64,000 bases of DNA from a virus: IMG/VR virus record IMGVR_UViG_3300009370_000002. One strand, 5' to 3'. This document shows, piece after piece, positions 57,401 through 64,000 of this stretch. Position numbers and translations under genes: made by a program. The notes under the pieces are model-generated. The model saw only the letters and a program-made list of their open reading frames with translations. It ran no database searches and was not told the DNA's origin. Positions within the stretch are counted from its first letter, which is position 1, and every line of letters begins with the position of its first letter.

Positions 57401-60400
57401 TGTCGAGCCTGATTCGATAATCAGGTTCTTTGCGCCACCCAGTATTGGACTATTGAACGCAAGATAAGTATCATCCACCTGCCCTCCAAGTCCAAGCTGT
57501 TTTATCCTAAAGCTACCAGAGGCAGACCCAGAATGAGCAGAGCCCGTAACTGTGAACTTTCCGGTGGTTTTCGCACCAGATTTATCGTCTGGTTGCCTGT
57601 TGCTAATGCCATCACCGAGACCTTCACCAATATATCCAAAAACTGGACCTTGAGACTGGGAATGTGGCATTTGCCCAAACAAGGACATCGGGTGGGTAGT
57701 GTGGGGGAGGATATTGCGAATTCTTGGAGTCAAATAATATTCAATACTTGAACTTACTCTAAACAGGACATTGTTTTGTTTTCTCCCAACTGTGGAGTGT
57801 ACTTCATATTTCCTGTTGTAATTTCCGACACGGTTACCAACGGTATCGTGCTTGATATTTTTGATATTCACTGGGCGCTTTGCTTTCTCTTCTCTGAACC
57901 AAGTTGCTTTCTTCTTGGCAATATCTGGATACTTCAGGTACAGAGGGTGAGTCGGATCAGCCGTTGCACCATAATCGGCAGGAACAAAACCAAAAGCGCC
58001 ATCAGTATCTGTGTTATAGTCGTGCTCTCCAAATAACATCATCCATGCCTCGGCTCGTGTGTATCTGTTGTCAAGATTGTTCGGGGGAGCCGTTTGGGTA
58101 TCGTCATCTCGCAATGATGTATTATAGCGAGTCAACGGAATGTGACGAGATTGGTGTCCGCCAACCCAAGTTTCGACAAATGGTCCTTGCATGGGTATTT
58201 CATTAGATATGTCTATCGTGTCTGAATGCAAGTTTGCAACATTGACAGTATTCTTGTAATTGTTGTTAATGGCTTTATTGTACCCCGTTGACACCGATTC
58301 AGACATCAAATTCATTGGAAGGGCTTTAATTCCCTTAATATTATAAGAATAGCTATAATTATCATTAAGGGCGTCCAGAGAATAATACCCATCGGTATAC
58401 TTCAGTGTATAAACTTGACAGTTCCATTTTTCTTTATACGATGGATCCACGACATCAACACAATCGCTTTCTGCTACTAAGCCTTGCCCGGCTCCCAAAC
58501 CAATAGAAAGGATGTTTATTGGGGCGTTAAAGCCACCAATATCTGTTGTTGGGCTATGAGGCTTCACCGTATCCAGAATCAAAATTCTGTTTTTAGCAAC
58601 AGGATAATTCACCCCACCTGCTATGGTGTCTTTTATCTTTGCGTCAAATGTATATACTTTATTCAAAGAACGAATAGCAAAGGTGTTGCCATCATAAACC
58701 TGAGAAGTGGCAATGTCGTACACTTTTGGAGGCTTATTATTATTATTTCTGTGTATATTGTCTCGTAGTGTATCAATTCCTTCCGCTGCAATAGGCGCTG
58801 GGGCTGGTTCTGGTTCGTTGAATTTTCTTCTCATTTTTTGCCAAAGACAATGTTTGTTATTGGGTATAGGAGAATTCGGAGGAGGAGCATGCCCATGCTT
58901 CCAGCTATACCTTAGTTCGGCTGCGCCTTTGGCAGAGGAGATTGGTTCCTTAGCTTGTGGAGCAGTAAACGGCAACCTTTCTACATACTTACTTCTTTCC
59001 AACAAATGACTTTCCACAACATTTTTTATTGAATCGCTGAATCTTGCCGATGCTGGTAAAAGCTGACTTATTCCATACGATACGCTTGCATCAATCCACT
59101 TAAAATATTCAAAATATCTTTCTGGATCAGGATCATTAGGAATCTTATCAAAGAAAATCTGCTTTAAATCATCTATTGATTTATATGAATGACGATATCG
59201 ATTAATAGGGTTACCTATCATATTGCTGAAATCCTGCACTGTTGAAAACAAATTTATCATCTCGTCAGATATGATTCCATAAGGGCTTTTTTCAAAAGAG
59301 AAATAAATATCATTACGATCATTATCTTGAAAGAACGCCTCTTTTTCTTCCGATACTATGTTTACCCCATCAGCAGAATATGCTGATTCTGGTGTTCTTC
59401 TTTTTGCAGAATAAATGCTTATTTTATCAACAACATCATTTGAATCAGCAGTAAAACCATATCCCTTACCATCGTGCATCCTATTTGTTATATTACCCAA
59501 AAAAGAATATCTAGCAGCAGAGTTGACAGAGCCAGACGATTTATCTGAAAAGACAAACTCACCAGACGAGTTACTGCCTGTGACGGTGCCAAAGTCCCAA
59601 TGCAATGCTAATGTTTCTATCTTCGGAACATTTAAGTCAGGCGTTGCGAATAAGCTGTCTGTTCTTTGAGAAAACTCCGTTCCGAAGTTGGTAGAATCAA
59701 ACGCATGCTGCTTGATGTCTTCATCAGGTAAATAACTCTGCCAATATCGCACTTGGGACAACAGAACATCTGAGCGTTCCAGAACAGAACCAGTATAATT
59801 TGTTCTATGAGCGCCGCCATACACTCTTTTTGCGCTAGAAAGTAAGCTTTTGCCTATAGCATTAGAAACACTAGCAGTTACCAAAAATGGCCCATTATCA
59901 ACTATCTCACCAGTAGTGTTGACACCATAAAACTCAACTATATAATTTTTTGATGAATTGGTTGAACCAGTTATCCCAGCATAAGGGTAATCTTCATGCC
60001 TAACCCTAGCTGCCAGAAGCCACTTCTGGTTGTCATATGCCATGCGATACAAAGAAGATGAAACCTTTACTCCAGAACCAGTGAGAACAAACTTGACATG
60101 TTGACTTTCAACTTCATCTCTAACAGTATACATCCTAAGATAATAGTCACTAGTGTGCCACGTATAATCAGAAGCACTTGAAGTCATCGCCCTATGAAAC
60201 CCAGCTACCGATGAAGACAAAAAAGAAGTGTAGAAATACCCGGTTTCTGATTCTTTCAACTTTTTCGGCAAAATAAAGTCAGCCTCCAAAGTCAAAGAAG
60301 AATACTGCTCAGTATCTCCCTCGGAGCCAGTAATGTAGGTTATGCCTCCCGATGAACTTTGAAAAACAGTAGACGACATACTTGAGTCGCTATTGAATTT

Positions 60401-62266
60401 TACTGCTGGTTTGATAACAGTTTTGTATTCATAGTTGTCCTTCACCAAAACAGTAGAATTATCACAATACATGTTGACTTTTATCAGTTCTGTGTCAATC
60501 CCAAAACACCTGAAGAAATTTCGAAAAGACTTTTCAGTGCCCTTGGTTTTGTTAATATATGTCAAATTATTATAAATGTTTTGGTAAATAATGTTCTTCA
60601 CTTTTTCGATGTCACCAGCAAAGACTTCATTTCTGTCTTTGTCTCGGAAGCTCTCCAGCACGTCAGCTTCCAAAAATAACTCTGGCATCACGAAGCCTCT
60701 ATCTCTCAATACATCTTTTGCTAAAACGTTTGGTGACAAAGAGCCTGTGTTGTACGAAATATTCCTTACTTTGTTCATTGCGCCGATTTGAGCATTGGCG
60801 GTATCAAAATAGCTTGCAAGAATTTGACACAAATATTCAACATTCTTACCATTCATCTCATCTTCTTCCAATATCCAAGTGGGAAGAAGATGGTAAAATA
60901 AGCTTGTGTTCTCTTGATCTTGCATACTTCCAGAGGTTTGCATCTCTGTTTGTTTGGCGGATACGGTTGGATGATATGAATAGATGATTGGATCTTTGAA
61001 CTCGCTAGCTGCTTTACCCGATAACACCATAGCAGAGTCAGCGCTTCTTGCGCCTGAAGTGTATCCTGTCCATACGCCATTGGTGATACGACCAGAATAA
61101 TCCAACACGGTGGAGTCTTGGGATGTCGCTGTTATTCCTTCATTGAACTTGTAATATACCCCAAGCTCTTTGTTATACTCACTTTTGTTATTTCCGCCGC
61201 CAAGTTGGCTGAACCAATTTAGTCCTATGTCTCCTGGTGTAAGTGCTTTTTTCCAATAGCGAAATTCGTCCATAGAGCCCGAAAATTTGCCATCTCCACG
61301 AACAAGGGTACCTACCCCTACCGGGGCGGTATTAAGTGCCCCTATGGTGGCACATAGCCCCTTAGAGAGCCCTTTTATGTTACCTATGTCATTAGCATTA
61401 GTCGTCGTCTTCTGGAGAGTCCCATCTTGATAAAACTTAATTGTCATATTGCTGCTGTCTTTCTTCAAAGATACAGCATAATGATGCCAAGTGCTGTCTG
61501 CTATTGTTAGCGATGCTGGTGCTATGTTCGAGGTACCAGTGGCTGAACCGGAGTTCCAAGTAAGGGTAAAGTTATTTGAGTTATCGATATTAAGCAATAT
61601 TCTGCCGTAAGTCGCATCACCTTCTGTTTCTTGATTCCACAAATCAAAAATAACTTCCTTTGTTGCTTTTGTCGCGTCGAAAGCGTCCTTCTTCAGCCAA
61701 AACTCAATAGTGCTACCAGAAACTGAGGCGAACTCTAAACCAGAACCTTTCTTTGAACCACTTACCACATCATATATCATAGAAGCATCAAAGGTGCTGC
61801 TTATTGGTTTACCAGTCATGCCAGTAGAGGCTGTGTGGATTCCGCCCTTGATATAGACATATTCTTTTACTACAGCATCATTATAGCCAGAGCCGTCAAG
61901 GGAGCCATCAAAGCCTTGATATCCAAGGTTTATATAGCCATTTGTCCTAGGGTACACATACTCAAAGATGTATCTATCAAGGTGCGTTGATTCGTTTTCA
62001 AACTCTACCTTCTCTGCCAATGTCCCATCATATGGGTAATGGTTGTAAATCCTCTTGAAAGCATATTCGTAATAGAGTTTGGCAGAGCCATACTTTGCAA
62101 AGTTCGAAGCTGTTGAAAAGTCAATAGGAGGAACATATATCTCCTTCTGTCTTTGTTTTGCTTGAATGTATTCATTTGATTCTGCACCGACAGATGCTGA
62201 TGTCAGACTATCAGAGTGTTTTTCAAACGGACTAACTTTTACGTCAAATAAGTCTTTAATGCTCAT
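54488..62266 (-). CDS. Giant baseplate wedge/tail protein (2592 aa) with LamG/ConA-like domains
   Basis: YINKTKGTEKSFRNFFRCFGI resembles the wedge (gp7/P2 gpI-like) motif; three LamG-like segments (WHHYAV...FSGSMDEFRYW; WRQIV...FVGHIDDITIW; WTHLF...FQGDIDNVTIW). Confidence 0.7.
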   Translation of the reverse strand: MSIKDLFDVKVSPFEKHSDSLTSASVGAESNEYIQAKQRQKEIYVPPIDFSTASNFAKYGSAKLYYEYAFKRIYNHYPYDGTLAEKVEFENESTHLDRYIFEYVYPRTNGYINLGYQGFDGSLDGSGYNDAVVKEYVYIKGGIHTASTGMTGKPISSTFDASMIYDVVSGSKKGSGLEFASVSGSTIEFWLKKDAFDATKATKEVIFDLWNQETEGDATYGRILLNIDNSNNFTLTWNSGSATGTSNIAPASLTIADSTWHHYAVSLKKDSSNMTIKFYQDGTLQKTTTNANDIGNIKGLSKGLCATIGALNTAPVGVGTLVRGDGKFSGSMDEFRYWKKALTPGDIGLNWFSQLGGGNNKSEYNKELGVYYKFNEGITATSQDSTVLDYSGRITNGVWTGYTSGARSADSAMVLSGKAASEFKDPIIYSYHPTVSAKQTEMQTSGSMQDQENTSLFYHLLPTWILEEDEMNGKNVEYLCQILASYFDTANAQIGAMNKVRNISYNTGSLSPNVLAKDVLRDRGFVMPELFLEADVLESFRDKDRNEVFAGDIEKVKNIIYQNIYNNLTYINKTKGTEKSFRNFFRCFGIDTELIKVNMYCDNSTVLVKDNYEYKTVIKPAVKFNSDSSMSSTVFQSSSGGITYITGSEGDTEQYSSLTLEADFILPKKLKESETGYFYTSFLSSSVAGFHRAMTSSASDYTWHTSDYYLRMYTVRDEVESQHVKFVLTGSGVKVSSSLYRMAYDNQKWLLAARVRHEDYPYAGITGSTNSSKNYIVEFYGVNTTGEIVDNGPFLVTASVSNAIGKSLLSSAKRVYGGAHRTNYTGSVLERSDVLLSQVRYWQSYLPDEDIKQHAFDSTNFGTEFSQRTDSLFATPDLNVPKIETLALHWDFGTVTGSNSSGEFVFSDKSSGSVNSAARYSFLGNITNRMHDGKGYGFTADSNDVVDKISIYSAKRRTPESAYSADGVNIVSEEKEAFFQDNDRNDIYFSFEKSPYGIISDEMINLFSTVQDFSNMIGNPINRYRHSYKSIDDLKQIFFDKIPNDPDPERYFEYFKWIDASVSYGISQLLPASARFSDSIKNVVESHLLERSKYVERLPFTAPQAKEPISSAKGAAELRYSWKHGHAPPPNSPIPNNKHCLWQKMRRKFNEPEPAPAPIAAEGIDTLRDNIHRNNNNKPPKVYDIATSQVYDGNTFAIRSLNKVYTFDAKIKDTIAGGVNYPVAKNRILILDTVKPHSPTTDIGGFNAPINILSIGLGAGQGLVAESDCVDVVDPSYKEKWNCQVYTLKYTDGYYSLDALNDNYSYSYNIKGIKALPMNLMSESVSTGYNKAINNNYKNTVNVANLHSDTIDISNEIPMQGPFVETWVGGHQSRHIPLTRYNTSLRDDDTQTAPPNNLDNRYTRAEAWMMLFGEHDYNTDTDGAFGFVPADYGATADPTHPLYLKYPDIAKKKATWFREEKAKRPVNIKNIKHDTVGNRVGNYNRKYEVHSTVGRKQNNVLFRVSSSIEYYLTPRIRNILPHTTHPMSLFGQMPHSQSQGPVFGYIGEGLGDGISNRQPDDKSGAKTTGKFTVTGSAHSGSASGSFRIKQLGLGGQVDDTYLAFNSPILGGAKNLIIESGSTATADAGNNYYVATGIVSTNTSSFWNAVSIKLNAAFSGKYITTYTVPSPTYSEAIYATGTLGGPAVAITASSISDFNIYDTHFAFSAWVNFKNESADRDKRTIFSFRSGSGASIQSALSREMYLTGTNLRYEAHYTNYTNPAQTVMVRWEWPGAFAELYSPGVANNRWRQIVLQHDKNALKGTGSAYLYIDNAAASSYLPVSPATVSTFIGGTAWSPSYHTHAELNRSDGGIWLLNSGTGSLGTHSLGWTTGSSPFVGHIDDITIWGGINLSVADRFELWNSGTMGSVMNCFISSSNIKAHYTCGDGPYNAGKLLNDSSGRGNNLESHGDVTPANTYIKNSTTVLSTTGTLQNEKYALFHMTAAVGGSDYNSTLVVSTPACQNFITATEAIQGGYLSGAALDDTIHISSSFSFLADPKFEIVNVLDPTPAGSNIPVSGTFGETNLQFWNRLSQSIKDHSVFGIINIVTSPSEAVFHLTSSDENVNYASYRLTASNMHVSNHTFYSASGFSGGATPSPSVFDVVLAVPGRKISGDNSRSEVVITSKFSAPGGPEVESAAYLDVYSREYSVHNAMAYRNLTVRGNSSGEAGRIRLNDHLGKREGLKSHLTRHCGKFGIDSKYGAVSSTTYAADASFYKQHRNTSMRYFFTGSGMTSYLGSRHDNTHIVSPLPRSEFQYGWINAAVSGSGSWRANQRITGYAPPSGLLEETIHDYYASFGSADSAINVGTAATWDALIGQAGTDRMAFSTWFRKNETDSSQNSVVFWFGGYSSSGCVGMYIEGVTNKIYFVTRWAGASKIWTSNSNVVEEGEWTHLFVSYPATSISNDPKIWINGTQLTWASVGSGGIPLVWNGIGTEDCNIGNHASGTRRFQGDIDNVTIWAWNHEAYSSDIYGLGRDGDPTVSYTSYLKAHYRFGSNSANNGEQKDSTSQFFDSSGEDNHSISVTNVTISDDVSYETLEAIIFPSASEIFGV

Positions 62267-62270
62267 AATT

Positions 62271-63998
62271 TTATTCCACTACTCTAAACTTGAATTCGTA
62301 TGGTTGTTCAATATAGCTCTTGGTATATCCGTCATAAAAAGAATATTTCAAAGCATATTGGTATCCAGCTTCAAATACCGTCATCGGCAAATCAAAATAG
62401 TTACCAGAACCGTCATATGACAGGGATGTATATTTGACTGAACCAGTTCCATATGGTATAACTTCGTACTCATCAACAACTCTCAGTACCCTATATGATG
62501 CCGAAACCATCGTCAAACTCTCTGGTTTGCTCTTGGCAACCGTATATATGTTTGGAGACCACGATTTACTTCTTACATATAATCTTAATCGTGGCGTTTG
62601 CTCTTTGTTGTACTCTGGCATCAAATTTGGCATTGATAAGACATAAGTCGAATTAACAGGTTCAGTAGACGGATTAAATACCTTCGGCTCAAACGCAGAA
62701 CCAGTTAATACCTGTTCACCGCCAAAAGACCAAACATCAACCAAATATGGATATGTACTAGTTACCACGCTCTTGGTAGTTGCAACTTCCACATAATACA
62801 CACCTTTACTGCTGCGTGTAGACTTCAAAGAAGCAACAGCCGTTCCATCGGAGTTCAAAAACCCTCTAGCTGTTCCCTCTGGTATTGTTCCCGAAGAATA
62901 ATATAAAGATGCAGTTGGAACGTTAGTTGTGGCATTGCCAATATCCACTAGTTGAGAGTTATAATAATTATAAAAATAAAGCCTATTAAGGTTATCTGAA
63001 AATGTCGGCTTTACAGAACTGCTAATTGTAAACTTATTTCTATCATCTTTTACAACATCTTCATATTGCGCTTCTATACATGGCTGGAGATAATAAAATT
63101 CCGTTGCTCTTCCGAAGAACATCTTAGTGAAATACGATTTTCTTACGCCACCGGTATGATGCAATATGCCATCCACAAGCTCTTGTGCTTTTATGGCAGC
63201 ATCACCAGAAGCAGAAGATGAATAGTATGGTTCATAATCCTGGGCTGTTTTGATTATTATTCCATCGTTTATCTTATCCCCCAAAACGTTACCATCACTA
63301 TCTATCCATTGCTCTACTAGTGGAGTTATATCAATATCAAGATGCTCATTTCCTTTAGAGATGGTTTGTGTAAAGGACGAACTATCATCAGTAAAGTAAT
63401 CTCCACCAGGAAGAGTCCACTTCGTACCACTTACACCGGCTTGTGCCTGGGATATTGTTAGTCCTTCCATAGTGCCAGATATTGTACTTTCTACTGATTT
63501 TCCAGAAGTGCTAGCTGTCACTGTTACCACTTCGCCGCTTCGATTTGCACTAAATGCGCCGTGCTCGCTTGCTGCGGAGTGAAACTGTATTGCAAAGCTC
63601 GTTTTTGGAGTCCAATACGTGGACGGAGTTAAGCCACCAAGAGTTCCAACGGTTGAAGCTGCTACCATAGAGCCTGATGCACTGGCAGTCACAAACACGA
63701 TGGTGCCGGATATATTTGCACTAAATGCAGCATGACTATTAACTGTTGAGTGGAATATTTTCATAATACTGCTGCTAGCTTCTGATGCCACCGAATAGGA
63801 TATACCACTCAGTGTTCCAGCGGTTGAAGTTGCTGTGCTGGGTCCAGAGGTACTAGCTGTCACATATACAACATTACCAGATATATTTGCACTAAATGCA
63901 GAATGGGCATTAATCGTTGACTGAAACTCTGTAGCGAAATTTGTTCTTGTGCAGTTGCAACCATCTGAAACATCAACCTTGACTTGGTTTGTTATGCC
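62271..63998 (-). CDS. Tail/baseplate-associated structural protein, partial (starts beyond the right edge)
   Basis: Frame stays open upstream of the track start to the window edge; three internal AFSANxSG repeats. Confidence 0.6.
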   Translation of the reverse strand, partial: GITNQVKVDVSDGCNCTRTNFATEFQSTINAHSAFSANISGNVVYVTASTSGPSTATSTAGTLSGISYSVASEASSSIMKIFHSTVNSHAAFSANISGTIVFVTASASGSMVAASTVGTLGGLTPSTYWTPKTSFAIQFHSAASEHGAFSANRSGEVVTVTASTSGKSVESTISGTMEGLTISQAQAGVSGTKWTLPGGDYFTDDSSSFTQTISKGNEHLDIDITPLVEQWIDSDGNVLGDKINDGIIIKTAQDYEPYYSSSASGDAAIKAQELVDGILHHTGGVRKSYFTKMFFGRATEFYYLQPCIEAQYEDVVKDDRNKFTISSSVKPTFSDNLNRLYFYNYYNSQLVDIGNATTNVPTASLYYSSGTIPEGTARGFLNSDGTAVASLKSTRSSKGVYYVEVATTKSVVTSTYPYLVDVWSFGGEQVLTGSAFEPKVFNPSTEPVNSTYVLSMPNLMPEYNKEQTPRLRLYVRSKSWSPNIYTVAKSKPESLTMVSASYRVLRVVDEYEVIPYGTGSVKYTSLSYDGSGNYFDLPMTVFEAGYQYALKYSFYDGYTKSYIEQPYEFKFRVVE

Positions 63999-64000
63999 GG

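Noticed and set aside
258-62646. Dozens of + strand ORFs (and short alternative-frame - strand ORFs) in the track
   Set aside because: They lie antisense to or inside long, motif-bearing minus-strand genes, lack recognisable motifs, and are explained by codon bias of the real genes.
1-64000. Genome-wide stop-codon reassignment (TAG or TGA)
   Set aside because: Genes up to 2592 aa are intact under the standard code; TAG and TGA end genes at sensible boundaries (bS21, ATGA overlaps).
1-64000. tRNA, rRNA or tmRNA genes
   Set aside because: Intergenic gaps are short and none showed a cloverleaf or TpsiC/CCA pattern on inspection; tRNAscan/Aragorn would confirm.

Overview
This window is part of a large T4-like myovirus (Caudoviricetes, probably jumbo size). 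Every credible gene is on the minus strand and uses the standard code; the + strand ORFs in the track look like antisense shadows. In window order it holds: tail sheath (partial), tail completion and neck genes (gp15/14/13-like), major capsid and scaffold, a cluster of five fibre-like genes, ribosomal protein bS21, prohead protease, portal, terminase large subunit, an envelope/lysis-like cluster, a fused Mre11-Rad50 (gp47-gp46) nuclease, an Smr-domain protein, DNA primase, an array of 12 paralogous ~50-70 aa 'MKIGDLV' ORFs, a RuvC-like resolvase, and a block of very large baseplate/tail genes. The strongest leads are: (1) a phage-encoded secreted protein resembling the myxobacterial gliding protein CglF/GltF; (2) eight otherwise unrelated proteins sharing an N-terminal MK(I/L)TxxxLxxxI(R/K)EE leader, a candidate capsid-targeting, protease-cleaved signal; (3) the overlapping micro-ORF array joined by a conserved ~33-bp junction; (4) a translation-control set (bS21, Smr, strong SD sites on late genes versus an apparently leaderless early gene); (5) a candidate late-promoter motif ACTATTTA. 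All family assignments come from motif recognition by eye; no database searches were run.
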